The notes below the pieces were generated by a model that did not search any database, was not told the DNA's origin, and saw only the letters and a list, made by a program, of their open reading frames with translations. Positions 28,630-38,598 of a stretch of 64,000 nt of DNA are shown piece by piece. The first letter of the stretch is position 1, and every line of letters starts with the position of its first letter. Both the position numbers and the translations under genes were made by a program. Origin of the DNA: Minisyncoccota bacterium. GTDB taxonomy: Bacteria; Patescibacteriota; Minisyncoccia; Phycocordibacterales; UBA9973. The DNA is taken from the NCBI GenBank assembly GCA_035491955.1, contig DATJJU010000003.1, positions 15,306-79,305 of the forward strand, given 5' to 3'.

Positions 28630-30967
28630 AATACCAAACCTTCATTTGATCAAGAATGAAGAAATAGATAAGCGTTACTCCTACTAATCCTGCCAGCATA
28701 CTGAGGCGTAATGGCACAAAATGAAAGGCATGCTGTATGACTGGTATGTAAATAATACCGAATGAAATAATGAATGTCAGTAGGAATGAGAGATTTAAGA
28801 GGCCTGATGGCATTTTACTCTTCCAAAAATAGCTCTTATTGCGAAATGCGTAGAAGACGATCAGTGCGGTAAATGTGAAGAATGCATAGAGGCTGGTTTG
28901 AATGACCGGCAGCGGCTGCGATCGAATCACCATGTAGTACAGTAGCTCGAACAATGCAGTCGGTACGCCGAGCATAAGAGAAATGAAGAGGAGCTCTTTG
29001 ATATTGTGACGCTGCGGCTTCACTATATCGCTATTTTCAACAGTATCGGAATAGATAGTGATAAGCGGAATATCGGTCAAGACATTTGTGAGCAAGACCT
29101 GTATAGGCAGCAATGGCAGATCGTGTGAGAACAAATACAGCACGGCAAGCGCCATGAAGCTCCCAAAATTATTTACCATCGTATAGGTGATGTACTTATT
29201 GATATTTACAAAAATAGTTCGGCCGTATCGAATGCCGTTCACGATAACCTGCAAATCTTTATTCAAAAGCACAATATCGGCACTGTCTTTGGCAATATCA
29301 GTAGCAGTGTTTACAGCAATAGCGACATCGGCCAACTTCAAGGCTGGCGCATCATTAATACCATCACCCTGATAGCCAACCACAAAGGATTCTTTCAATG
29401 CCTTAATGATGGCGAACTTCTGCGTTGGCGTGACACGCGCGAAGATGTGGTGTTCGGTTACGGCTTTTTTAAACTCTTCCGGTGATAGTGTTTCAAGCTC
29501 ATCGCCCGAGTAGACTCTGCTAGTGTCAGTTACCAAGCCGACTTCCCGTCCGACATATGTTGCTACTTCTTTGCTGTCGCCAGTCAGTACCTTAATATGA
29601 ATACCAAGACCCCGTGCTTCTTCGATAGTGGCTTTTGCTCCGGGGCGCAACGGATCAGTTAAGCTGGCGTAGCCAAGAAAAGTCAGATTATTTTCATCTT
29701 TGGCAATATCGTAGTCTTCGGTGTACGCAGCAATAGTTTTATACGCAATACCGACATGGCGCAAACCGTTTTCCCCTTCCTTTGAAATAGTTTGCAAGTA
29801 ATCAGCTTTTTTATCGCTCTTAGAAATATCGAGAAGAATTTCCGGAGCACCAATGCTTACTAAGTAATACTTGTCAGCATCTTTGTCGTGCACCACTACG
29901 CGTCGGCGTTTATCAGTTGGGTCGAATGGCAATTCTTTCATGATGACGAAGCATTTTGCCTTGTCTTGGAGCTCCTTTGGCACATAGCCGATAAATGCAT
30001 CATCATATGCATCCATTACGCGACGTTTTCTATTTTTTAGTGTCGCAATAGTAGCGCTGGCTAGCAATTGAAATAATTCCATTTCATCAGAAACAATAGT
30101 CTGAATAGCCATCTTGTTTTCGGTAATAGTGCCGGTTTTATCAGTGCAGAGCACGCTAATGTTGCCGAGATCTTCTACAGATGACAACCGCTTCACTACC
30201 ACGTGTTTCTTTGCCAGGCGTAATGCTCCGCTGGAGAGCGATACTGTAGCAATGACTGGCAGGACTTCTGGTACCACGACAATAGCCATGGATATAACGA
30301 AAATAAGAAGGATTGTGGTACTGACACTTCCTTTATTCAAGAAAAGCTTTGCGAAGAAAATAACCACCAGTGCCAAAAGAACGGTCTTCAAAAGAAAAGT
30401 ACTAAAAGATTTTAATGATCGTTCGTATTCAGTTTCTTTTTTGGTTTCTTCGGACAAACGAACGATAGTGCCAAACTCTGTATTATCTCCAATAGCTGTG
30501 ACAGTGCCGGTGACTTCGCCTTTTTGAATGATGCTGCCTTCATAGACTTTGCCATCGATAGCTTTTGTTACGAATGCCGATTCGCCGGTCAGAGCTGACT
30601 CGTCTACCTCTACATCATCAACTTCCGTCACGTTCATATCGGCTGGTGCAATATCACCCTCATGCAAGATAACAATGTCTCCTACTACGATGTCATTTTC
30701 ATCAAGAAGCACTATTTCACCGTTGCGCTTCACTCGCACCACTTTGGAAATAAACGTTTCAAGCTTTTGAATAATGCGCTCCGATTTGTATTCTTGAAAA
30801 AAGCCGAGCGATGTATTGATGGCGAGAATAATAAGAATGACAATGCCGTCAGAATAGTCCTTGATGATAAAAGAAATAACACTTGCTGCGATCAATAGAT
30901 ATATTAAAGCATTCTGAAATTGCCGCCCTAGTATGGCAAAACCGTTAACAGCCTTCTTTTTCTTCAT
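28613..30967 (-). CDS. P-type cation-transporting ATPase (MgtA-like)
   Basis: TGES, PE.LP, DKTGT, TGD, GDGINDAP. Confidence 0.92.
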   Translation of the reverse strand: MKKKKAVNGFAILGRQFQNALIYLLIAASVISFIIKDYSDGIVILIILAINTSLGFFQEYKSERIIQKLETFISKVVRVKRNGEIVLLDENDIVVGDIVILHEGDIAPADMNVTEVDDVEVDESALTGESAFVTKAIDGKVYEGSIIQKGEVTGTVTAIGDNTEFGTIVRLSEETKKETEYERSLKSFSTFLLKTVLLALVVIFFAKLFLNKGSVSTTILLIFVISMAIVVVPEVLPVIATVSLSSGALRLAKKHVVVKRLSSVEDLGNISVLCTDKTGTITENKMAIQTIVSDEMELFQLLASATIATLKNRKRRVMDAYDDAFIGYVPKELQDKAKCFVIMKELPFDPTDKRRRVVVHDKDADKYYLVSIGAPEILLDISKSDKKADYLQTISKEGENGLRHVGIAYKTIAAYTEDYDIAKDENNLTFLGYASLTDPLRPGAKATIEEARGLGIHIKVLTGDSKEVATYVGREVGLVTDTSRVYSGDELETLSPEEFKKAVTEHHIFARVTPTQKFAIIKALKESFVVGYQGDGINDAPALKLADVAIAVNTATDIAKDSADIVLLNKDLQVIVNGIRYGRTIFVNINKYITYTMVNNFGSFMALAVLYLFSHDLPLLPIQVLLTNVLTDIPLITIYSDTVENSDIVKPQRHNIKELLFISLMLGVPTALFELLYYMVIRSQPLPVIQTSLYAFFTFTALIVFYAFRNKSYFWKSKMPSGLLNLSFLLTFIISFGIIYIPVIQHAFHFVPLRLSMLAGLVGVTLIYFFILDQMKVWYYGQRF

Positions 30968-31036
30968 GTAGTAAGTATAACAAATAAAAAAGCCACTTTT
31001 ATTAAAGTGACTCTCATTAGTATGGATAAATAATCC

Positions 31037-31369
31037 CTAGTTACCAGAAGGTCCTGATCCTTGTTGTATTCTTTGTGAGGATGGCCAGGTTGCTTGCTTA
31101 AGTTCGCGTGACCGCATTTCAAGCGCTTCTTCGGCGAAGTAATTACTTATCTTCATATACCCTATATAGTCTGCATGGCTCACTGTTACTCTTGTACCCT
31201 TTTTCTTAAAGTACATAGTAACGGTTGAATCAGTCTTTGATACTGAATCGGGAGCGGCATATGGCAATACATTTCTCTGCATCCAGGTAGATTTTTTTGT
31301 GGTATCTCTGGTTTGAGCAGACACTATGTAACTAAATGCCATACATACGATAAGTGCTATTGTTTTCAT
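31037..31369 (-). CDS. Small secreted orphan protein
   Basis: Signal peptide ending VSA-Q. Confidence 0.6.
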   Translation of the reverse strand: MKTIALIVCMAFSYIVSAQTRDTTKKSTWMQRNVLPYAAPDSVSKTDSTVTMYFKKKGTRVTVSHADYIGYMKISNYFAEEALEMRSRELKQATWPSSQRIQQGSGPSGN

Positions 31370-31370
31370 T

Positions 31371-31422
31371 TTTTAATGGTTTACCGCAAATCCTGTAAGG
31401 GCTTTCTGGTAAACCATTAAAA
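31371..31422 (-). promoter_or_regulatory. 5'-UTR hairpin occluding the translation start region
   Basis: 15-bp perfect inverted repeat TTTTAATGGTTTACC / GGTAAACCATTAAAA, 1 nt from the ATG. Confidence 0.55.
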
Positions 31423-31491
31423 TGCTTAAAGAACGCTATATTTAAATAATAGCACAGATTTAATAAAAAGTCAATATTAGACTCATTACCT

Positions 31492-31806
31492 CTATCTTGT
31501 TAGATTAGCTCCCTCTTTCATTATCTCTTGAAAACGTTCGTACGTAAGATCAGGGTTTAGCAGGTCGTGTACAAGTGTATTGTAGTCTTCGGTAATATGC
31601 GGAATAACACCATCCAAGGTTTCTGCACTTTCCCCGGTACGGGCTTCAAGCGTGCTTAAGTCGGCATCAATTACTGCCTCCTTCACATCTTCTATAGTTT
31701 TAAGAAATTTAAATTGGATGATATAGCTTCTCGCCTCTTGAATCTTTTGCAATAAGATTTTTTCTTGATCAAATATACTCTCATCTCTTCGCGGGAATTC
31801 TTCCAT
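31492..31806 (-). CDS. Hypothetical protein
   Basis: ATG lies 7 nt after TATACT. Confidence 0.55.
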   Translation of the reverse strand: MEEFPRRDESIFDQEKILLQKIQEARSYIIQFKFLKTIEDVKEAVIDADLSTLEARTGESAETLDGVIPHITEDYNTLVHDLLNPDLTYERFQEIMKEGANLTR

Positions 31807-31823
31807 ATCCCCAAGTATAACAC

Positions 31824-32087
31824 CTATCCGTCTTTTTCTCCCCACTGCCATTTCGGCCTCTCGCCTTTTTGGTAGCAAATCATGATGAGAACGATATTTA
31901 AAATCACGAACGGTACAGCAAATGCAAATAGCGCATCGCTAACAGAATGTTGCCTATTAGATAGTAGGACAAAATGCACCATTCCTACTACATACAGCAA
32001 AAGAACTACCCAGCCTTCCCAACTCACTGGATACCATCCCCATCCATATCTTTTTCGCCTAAACCATAACTTCTTCTGTTTTTCCAT
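31824..32087 (-). CDS. Small membrane protein
   Basis: WF..K.YGWGW.P.SWEGW plus two TMs. Confidence 0.8.
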   Translation of the reverse strand: MEKQKKLWFRRKRYGWGWYPVSWEGWVVLLLYVVGMVHFVLLSNRQHSVSDALFAFAVPFVILNIVLIMICYQKGERPKWQWGEKDG

Positions 32088-32132
32088 ATTCTTTCATTAT
32101 ACTCCTAACCCCTGAGGTTGGACCTGTGGGAA

Positions 32133-32759
32133 TTAGTTATTTTGCATAAGGTGTTCGGTGTCGAGGTTTTTCATGATGCGTTTCCAGAAGAGGATGACGC
32201 AGCCGATCAGGACAATGAGCACTATGATTGAGAAATTGCCAATAAGATTATTTACCGCTTCCCAGCTATCGCCGAAGAGAAAGCCAATCATGCCGTAGAG
32301 TACGGCATCACCGACTGCACCAATAGCTTCAAAGAGCAGAAATTTTTTATAGGGTACCTTACTCAGCCCGCAAATCGCATTGACGCTCAATGTAGCAATA
32401 GCCTCAAAACGGCTGATGAATATGACAAAGCCGGGGCGCTGACGAAGCTTTGCTTCAATAAGCTTAAAGTTTTTTGATTCAACAACTTTTCGCGTAAATG
32501 AAAAATAATCAAAGACTTGCTTGCCATACTTGCGCGCAATCCAATAACAAATGTTATCCCCAACAATGTTGGCAATGATGACGACAAGGAGTACGAGGTA
32601 AAAATTAAAATAGCCCTGGCTGGCAAAGGCCGATGATGCCACCAGCAGCGTCCCTGCTGGTATCGGTATCGCTAAGGACGAAAGAAAGGTTATGAAAAGC
32701 AGTGCCCAATACTTATACAGCAGAACATACGGCAGAATGGTTTGGGCAAAGAAATCCAT
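32133..32759 (-). CDS. DedA family protein
   Basis: PIPA, GDNICYWIARKYG, FISRF. Confidence 0.88.
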   Translation of the reverse strand: MDFFAQTILPYVLLYKYWALLFITFLSSLAIPIPAGTLLVASSAFASQGYFNFYLVLLVVIIANIVGDNICYWIARKYGKQVFDYFSFTRKVVESKNFKLIEAKLRQRPGFVIFISRFEAIATLSVNAICGLSKVPYKKFLLFEAIGAVGDAVLYGMIGFLFGDSWEAVNNLIGNFSIIVLIVLIGCVILFWKRIMKNLDTEHLMQNN

Positions 32760-32760
32760 A

Positions 32761-33183
32761 TTAATGACTCGTGTACGCGTTAATGTAATATCTCACAGTG
32801 CTAATCATAACAAGGGGGTTGATGCTGTAGTCTCGAGCATAGGTATCAATGCGGATATTCGGATATCGCGAATCGGTAATACCAAAAATATTCTTAAAAT
32901 AATCTTTCGGTATTTTAAATACTACGTTTATGTAATCAAATGTCATCCACGATTGAATATCATCTGCGGAGAGCTGGTGTTGCTGCTGTTGAGATGAGCC
33001 TCTATCGTTTCGATCAGAGTGGTTGTAGATATACGAATGATACATTGGGCGCAGCTCTCCTTCTGAATATGAAGTGCGGAATGAATAGATGAAATACCAG
33101 ACTGACCAGCATAATGCGGCTACCAGCAACACTACAGTAATCACGATCCAATATCTTTGAAGAAAGCGTTTTGCCCTTGTCAT
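32761..33183 (-). CDS. Membrane-anchored conserved hypothetical protein
   Basis: TM; IQSWMTFDYIN.VF.IP; coupled to DedA. Confidence 0.75.
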   Translation of the reverse strand: MTRAKRFLQRYWIVITVVLLVAALCWSVWYFIYSFRTSYSEGELRPMYHSYIYNHSDRNDRGSSQQQQHQLSADDIQSWMTFDYINVVFKIPKDYFKNIFGITDSRYPNIRIDTYARDYSINPLVMISTVRYYINAYTSH

Positions 33184-33210
33184 ATAGGTATTATATCACT
33201 TCTTGTTGTT

Positions 33211-34095
33211 TTATTGGGTAAAAAGAGTGACAGGGAAATTATCCGAATATTCCACAGAATGATCTGGCCTCATGATGAGGTAGTCGAAAGTGAAATGTTC
33301 GCGCAGTGCCTGTGGTGAAGCAAAGAAGAGACACGTAGTGAGACCATCCGCTAGTAATGTTGTATCTGCAATAACCCAGACTGCCAAGATGTTTGTCGGA
33401 GAAGAAAGCTCTTTTGGATCAATAATGTGATGCATGGTACCTTTACTGGTTTGCCATACTCGCCTATTGCCTGCTGATCCGCATACACTATTATTCCGTA
33501 GCTCTACAAAACCAATAACTTGGTCGCTATTGTCGGGATGTTCCAAGCCCACTTTGATTGGCACGCCTCCTCTATGTACCATATCTCCCCCAGCATCCAC
33601 GCAATATTGGTAAATGCCGTAGGACTCTATTACTTCCGCCACGATGTCTACTAAGTATCCCTTACCTGCAGCACCGAAGTCGAGAAGCGCCGGAAACTTT
33701 ATGACAAGCTCTGGGTGGTCGTATTGCATGATTTCTTCCCACGGTGAAGGAGTGTGAAGCTCAGCTCTTTGTTGTAAGGAATACTCTGCGTCATAGCCGG
33801 CATCGGATAGTGTTTGTCCGATCAATGGCGTGACATATCCGTCGGTAACCTCATACATTTTTTTATACAAGTCATGCATCTTTTTGAAATCTTGCGGCAT
33901 GTCATACGTGCCTGCAGCATGCGCCATTCTTGTCACCAGTGAATCAGCTCGGAAGCGCGAATAGTTCAAGTCAAATATAGCAATACGTTCATGTATCGCA
34001 ACAGAAAGCACCGACTCCTGGTCAGAAGTCAGTGCTTCATAAATATCAATATGCCAACGTGTACCAATAGCTTCAAAGTTCAGTTGTGAAGCCAT
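33211..34095 (-). CDS. apbE: FAD:protein FMN transferase
   Basis: AIGT, SRFRADS, LDFGAAGKGYLVD, DAGGD, HIIDP, ADGLTT. Confidence 0.92.
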   Translation of the reverse strand: MASQLNFEAIGTRWHIDIYEALTSDQESVLSVAIHERIAIFDLNYSRFRADSLVTRMAHAAGTYDMPQDFKKMHDLYKKMYEVTDGYVTPLIGQTLSDAGYDAEYSLQQRAELHTPSPWEEIMQYDHPELVIKFPALLDFGAAGKGYLVDIVAEVIESYGIYQYCVDAGGDMVHRGGVPIKVGLEHPDNSDQVIGFVELRNNSVCGSAGNRRVWQTSKGTMHHIIDPKELSSPTNILAVWVIADTTLLADGLTTCLFFASPQALREHFTFDYLIMRPDHSVEYSDNFPVTLFTQ

Positions 34096-34103
34096 GGCGA
34101 GTA

Positions 34104-34637
34104 TTAGGCCTTGGCCTGTGCTTCAATCTGAGCAACAGCATCGTTAAAGCCGCCTGAGGTCAAAGAAGAGCCCGAAACCTTGCTGAGCTTGATAGAGCTA
34201 ATGTCCTTGCCGACAACTAATGGTGTGTAGTTGTTCGCAAAGATATTCTGATAATACGCTGACTCTCGATCGCCCGGTTCAGTTTTCACCGAAGCTTTTG
34301 TCACAACATCATTCTTCAATGTCAGTGTTACTTCAATCTTATCAGGACCGCCTGGTGACTGATAGGATCCAGTGGCAGTATAGGTGCCGTCTTTGTATTC
34401 AGATGCATTAGGGTTAGTTGTTTCGTGAGGAGCGCTAGTAGTACTGGTAGTGGTCTGTCCGCCATTTGCACTAGTGTCCGATGTTGTATCGGTAGAGACA
34501 GTGCTCGTATCAGTAGAGGTAGTGTCAGCAGACTTCTTTGTGCCGAATACGACTGCAATAACAGCGAGTAATGCAACAACAGCAATGCCGATGCCTAATT
34601 TCTTTCCTGAAGATGACGGTGTTTGATTTGGTTCCAT
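34104..34637 (-). CDS. Membrane-anchored FMN-binding protein
   Basis: TM, S/T linker, YKDGTYTATG, VSGSSLTS flavinylation-like motif. Confidence 0.85.
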   Translation of the reverse strand: MEPNQTPSSSGKKLGIGIAVVALLAVIAVVFGTKKSADTTSTDTSTVSTDTTSDTSANGGQTTTSTTSAPHETTNPNASEYKDGTYTATGSYQSPGGPDKIEVTLTLKNDVVTKASVKTEPGDRESAYYQNIFANNYTPLVVGKDISSIKLSKVSGSSLTSGGFNDAVAQIEAQAKA

Positions 34638-34662
34638 AAATATATTCTCTTTAATGTAATAA

Positions 34663-35034
34663 TTATTCGTGAAGACAGAGCATGTCGGAGCCATTCATAA
34701 ATACAACAAATGTTGCCAATGCAAGACCGAAGTCGCGCACGGCAATTTCTCCATACCCAACAGTAAACATGATGTCGAGCAAATGCAGCGCTAATAGCAA
34801 TGCTACCCAGCGAGTCCAAATACCAAAGAGCAGCAAGACGCCCAAAATGAGCTCAGCTGCACCATTAAGGTACACGATGGTTTCCCTACTAAGATGGCTC
34901 ATTGTTACGACAGAGTCTGGCACATAGCCAAGCCAATTTGCCGTATTAATGAATTGCTGGCTGCCAAACCACAAAATAACTATGGCCATGGCATAGCGCA
35001 ACACGCTCGGTGCGTACAGTTTCAATTTCTGCAT
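34663..35034 (-). CDS. DoxX family membrane protein
   Basis: LR...A...LWFG, G.AE..LG..LL.G..TR, RDFGL. Confidence 0.85.
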   Translation of the reverse strand: MQKLKLYAPSVLRYAMAIVILWFGSQQFINTANWLGYVPDSVVTMSHLSRETIVYLNGAAELILGVLLLFGIWTRWVALLLALHLLDIMFTVGYGEIAVRDFGLALATFVVFMNGSDMLCLHE

Positions 35035-35070
35035 CTCTGTATTATACAGCATTCCCCCTCATTTTCTTTC

Positions 35071-35723
35071 ATTTAGCAATGGGGTCAGACCCCGTTGCTA
35101 AATATTCAAATATGTTGGATAAAAATTTAAAATTATTTGATCTCTGTTTTGCAATAATGAAAATATGGCCAGGAAACCTCGTATTGATGTAGGCGGAGAA
35201 TTTTATCACGTACTTAACAGGGTTAATGCTCGTGTAAAAATTTTGTTTACGGACAAAGAATATTTAATGCTTGAAAAAATACTGTGTGAAGCAAAATCAA
35301 GATTTAACATGAGAATAATCGCTTACTGCCTTATGCCCAATCACTTCCATTTGATTCTCTACCCTCTTAAAGATGGAGATATGCAGAAGTTTATGCATTG
35401 GATTACATTTATGCATGCACAATTATGGCACAAGGAACACGGTACCACAGGGACAGGTCATTTATATCAAGGAAGATACAAATCCTTTCTTATAAAAGAT
35501 AGCAGACACCTTATGGCTGAATTAGTCTATGTGGAAAGAAATCCTGTAAGAGCAAAACTAGTCGATAAAGCGATTCATTGGAGATTCTCAAGTGCAAGAC
35601 ATAGATTTGGAAGTAAAAATAAATTAATAACAGATATTCCAATTGAATTCCCAGAAAATTATAAAGATCTCCTTAATGACAATATATCTTTAAGGAATGT
35701 CAACGGGGTCTGACCCCGTTGAC
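35071..35723 (+). mobile_element. REPtron: RAYT gene flanked by inverted REP hairpins
   Basis: GGGGTCAGACCCC hairpin at 35071-35103 and GGGGTCTGACCCC hairpin at 35699-35723 around a Y1 transposase. Confidence 0.85.
35165..35713 (+). CDS. REP-associated tyrosine transposase (Y1 HUH)
   Basis: MARKPR, YHVLNR, YCLMPNHFHL, YQGRYKS, YVERNPVRA, W.FSS. Confidence 0.92.
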   Translation: MARKPRIDVGGEFYHVLNRVNARVKILFTDKEYLMLEKILCEAKSRFNMRIIAYCLMPNHFHLILYPLKDGDMQKFMHWITFMHAQLWHKEHGTTGTGHLYQGRYKSFLIKDSRHLMAELVYVERNPVRAKLVDKAIHWRFSSARHRFGSKNKLITDIPIEFPENYKDLLNDNISLRNVNGV

Positions 35724-35727
35724 TCAT

Positions 35728-36018
35728 TTAGCAGATTTTTATCACCATAAAGAATCGGTAGCAGACAATAACGAGTGCGCTCAGGCCAACTAAAATGGTG
35801 AAGAGATCAAATGCTTTCATGGTTAATTTCTCATGAGTGACATATGCTGGAATAGTAAGCAATGCACTAATACCAGTGAGAACGCCGAATACGTTGTACG
35901 AGCTTCGATTTGAGAGACAGAACGAATAGTTTTGACCAATACCTTTGAAGAGCCAGAGTGCTAAAAAGACATATGTGAGAATAAAAAATATATAGCTATA
36001 GCGATAAAACCATTTCAT
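35728..36018 (-). CDS. Small three-TM protein
   Basis: Hydrophobic; abuts the NRAMP stop. Confidence 0.55.
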   Translation of the reverse strand: MKWFYRYSYIFFILTYVFLALWLFKGIGQNYSFCLSNRSSYNVFGVLTGISALLTIPAYVTHEKLTMKAFDLFTILVGLSALVIVCYRFFMVIKIC

Positions 36019-36019
36019 G

Positions 36020-37333
36020 TTAATGCAATACAAGTGTATATAATAATGCCAATGCCGACAATGCCATGATGCCGAATGTCAGCCATACCATCGTACGAGA
36101 CAATGCGCCGCCCTTTTTATCGCCAAGAATGTTTTTATTGCCATTAATCTTGCCGATCAAGAACAGAAGCGGTACAGCAGCAATGCCGTTGAACACTGCG
36201 GTGAAGACAAGAGCTTTGATCGGATTAATACCGATGAAATTGATGAGCAAGCCTACCAATGTGCCGATAATGATCACTCCATAGAATCCTTTAGCTTCAT
36301 TAAATTTGCGGGACAAGCCTTCTTTCCAACCAAACGCTTCAGACATAGCGTACGCGGAAGATCCTGCCAAAACCGGAATACCGAGCAAGCCGAGACCAAT
36401 GACGCCTACTGCAAAAAGATCCTTTGCTACTTGCCCAGAGTTTGGGAATGAGCTGACAAGAGGCTGCAATGCCTTTGCAGCATCGGCCGCTGAGTTGATA
36501 GTAGTAATACCGTGACTAAACAATACGGTGGCGGTAGTAATGATAATGAACCACTGCGCTACTTCAGCCGCTATCATGCCGGCCGTAGTATCAATACGCG
36601 CATTGCGCAAATAATACTTTGGAAGTTTCGGTTTTTCTTTTACAAGAGGAACACCTTCTGCTATTTCTTCTTCTACTTCTTGCGATGTTTGCCAAAAGAA
36701 CATGTAGGGAGAAATAGAGGTACCAAAGACGCCTGTAATGATGAAGAGGAATGCAAAGGTGAATTCAAAATGAGGAACTGCTGTTGCATAGAAGATCTGC
36801 TTCCATGGTTCGTGCACGATCAATGCCGTAATAGGATATGCCAATAATGCTAATGCCAGCCACTTCAATACCTTGGCATATGTTTTGTAATTGATAAATA
36901 CTTCCAGCAAGATAATGACTACAGCAGTAATGGCAGCTAATACTCCAAATGGTACGTTTACTACTAGCTGGCCTGCAGCAGCCACCGCTCCAATATCAGC
37001 ACCGATATTGATAGTATTTGCCACTACCACTAAAAAAACTACCCCTATGAGGATATTCCGCGTGTAATGCTTCTTGATAATGCCAGCCAAGCCCTTGCCG
37101 GTCACAATACCGATACGCGCACATGCTTCCTGCACTGCTAGCAATAACGGTATTTGATAGAGAGATGTCCACAACTGACCGAAGCCAAACTGGGCACCCG
37201 TCTGAGAATATGTCGCAATGCCTGATGGATCGTCATCAGCTGCTCCGGTAATTAAGCCGGGCCCCAGTAATTTTAAAAAGCCTCTCACGCCGAGACGTTC
37301 TTTCTTAGATGAGGAACTCGATGGTTCTGCCAT
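36020..37333 (-). CDS. NRAMP family divalent metal transporter
   Basis: GPGLITGAADDDPSGIATY, GTSISPYMFFWQ. Confidence 0.92.
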   Translation of the reverse strand: MAEPSSSSSKKERLGVRGFLKLLGPGLITGAADDDPSGIATYSQTGAQFGFGQLWTSLYQIPLLLAVQEACARIGIVTGKGLAGIIKKHYTRNILIGVVFLVVVANTINIGADIGAVAAAGQLVVNVPFGVLAAITAVVIILLEVFINYKTYAKVLKWLALALLAYPITALIVHEPWKQIFYATAVPHFEFTFAFLFIITGVFGTSISPYMFFWQTSQEVEEEIAEGVPLVKEKPKLPKYYLRNARIDTTAGMIAAEVAQWFIIITTATVLFSHGITTINSAADAAKALQPLVSSFPNSGQVAKDLFAVGVIGLGLLGIPVLAGSSAYAMSEAFGWKEGLSRKFNEAKGFYGVIIIGTLVGLLINFIGINPIKALVFTAVFNGIAAVPLLFLIGKINGNKNILGDKKGGALSRTMVWLTFGIMALSALALLYTLVLH

Positions 37334-37408
37334 TTCCCTATTGTATCTAAATATATTTGTTTGACAAAATATTGCTGTGAGGAGTAAGGTATACAAAACG
37401 ACTAACAT

Positions 37409-37738
37409 ATGAATACCGAAACCCAAGTGCCCGCAAAAGAACTGGAAGAGTTGGAAACCCTGCCAGCTACTAAAGACCGAAGTCTTCATTACGATTCTAT
37501 TTCTGAAATCGTGAAAAAAAGTAAGCTCGGCGAACATCTTTCAGGCTTCCCATTCAATGTAGTGTGGCCCCCTAACCACCTGCCCAACAATTTTGAAGTT
37601 ATTATTACAAATGGATCACGCATTAGTGCCACTGTTGAGCTCGGCTCCGACGGCAAAGAGTGGCATACTGCTGAAGGAAGTGGTGTACTACCACGAAAAG
37701 ATGTCGCCGCCTGGCGATGTACCACGTTCCATCATTAA
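37409..37738 (+). CDS. Hypothetical protein
   Basis: ORF with TTGACA promoter and terminator at about 37766-37808. Confidence 0.55.
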   Translation: MNTETQVPAKELEELETLPATKDRSLHYDSISEIVKKSKLGEHLSGFPFNVVWPPNHLPNNFEVIITNGSRISATVELGSDGKEWHTAEGSGVLPRKDVAAWRCTTFHH

Positions 37739-37810
37739 CGCCCATCGTTAAAGAACAAAAGAAAAGCAAAAGCCCCGCAGCGTATGTGCGGGGCTTCCTC
37801 TTTTTTTGGC

Positions 37811-38521
37811 TTATGCCTTCAGTGTCTTCAATCCTGTGCGGATAGTATTGATATCCTTCTTCACAGATTTTAGAGCGCTTGCAAGGGCCTTCTCAGCAGT
37901 CTTGCCAGCAGCCACTGCAGCTTTGTTGCTTGCCTGAATGGTTTTGTCGCCATTATCAACCTTCAGTGAAGTCACGGCAGTAATGACAGCCTGCGCCTGA
38001 GTCTGCGCATCAGTGAGTTTTGCGCTGGCATCAGTCGCCGCTGTTTGAAGGGCGCTCACATCCTTGCCTGCAGTCTGTGCAGTGCTGATGCGCGTGTTCA
38101 ACGTAGTCAGCGTATTTTGATACGTTGTAATACTTGCCATGCCGCTGTCAGCCACAGCCAGGTCATGCGCGCTAGGAATCACTACAGCATAAATGCGGTA
38201 GTCTTTGGTGATAGACGCATAATCAGATCGGAGCAGTGTCAGATCGGTCTCGCCATCAATCTTTGCCTTCAGTGTGTTCATAGCATCAATAGCATTCTGG
38301 ATAGCGCCCGTGATAGAAGTGCGCTGCGCATCAGTCAAATGCTTGTATTTGGTGCCAATAGTATTCTTAATTTTCGTCAAGCTCGCCATTCGTGCACTAA
38401 TAGCGGTGTCGGACTTAGCAATAACCTGAGCAGAAGTGATAGTCGATGCAGCGTGAGCAGGAACCGTTGAAAGTGTTACTCCCAAGGCTACAACAGCCAA
38501 GGAAATCATGATTTTTCTCAT
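37811..38521 (-). CDS. Secreted helical/coiled-coil protein
   Basis: AHA signal peptide; A/T/K-rich helices; YRIYAVV.P. Confidence 0.8.
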   Translation of the reverse strand: MRKIMISLAVVALGVTLSTVPAHAASTITSAQVIAKSDTAISARMASLTKIKNTIGTKYKHLTDAQRTSITGAIQNAIDAMNTLKAKIDGETDLTLLRSDYASITKDYRIYAVVIPSAHDLAVADSGMASITTYQNTLTTLNTRISTAQTAGKDVSALQTAATDASAKLTDAQTQAQAVITAVTSLKVDNGDKTIQASNKAAVAAGKTAEKALASALKSVKKDINTIRTGLKTLKA

Positions 38522-38598
38522 AAAACAGATAAATATAAATAATTATTAATAACAGGTACGAATAAATTATACGCTCCTTCGATCAAATTTCTTTCAAG

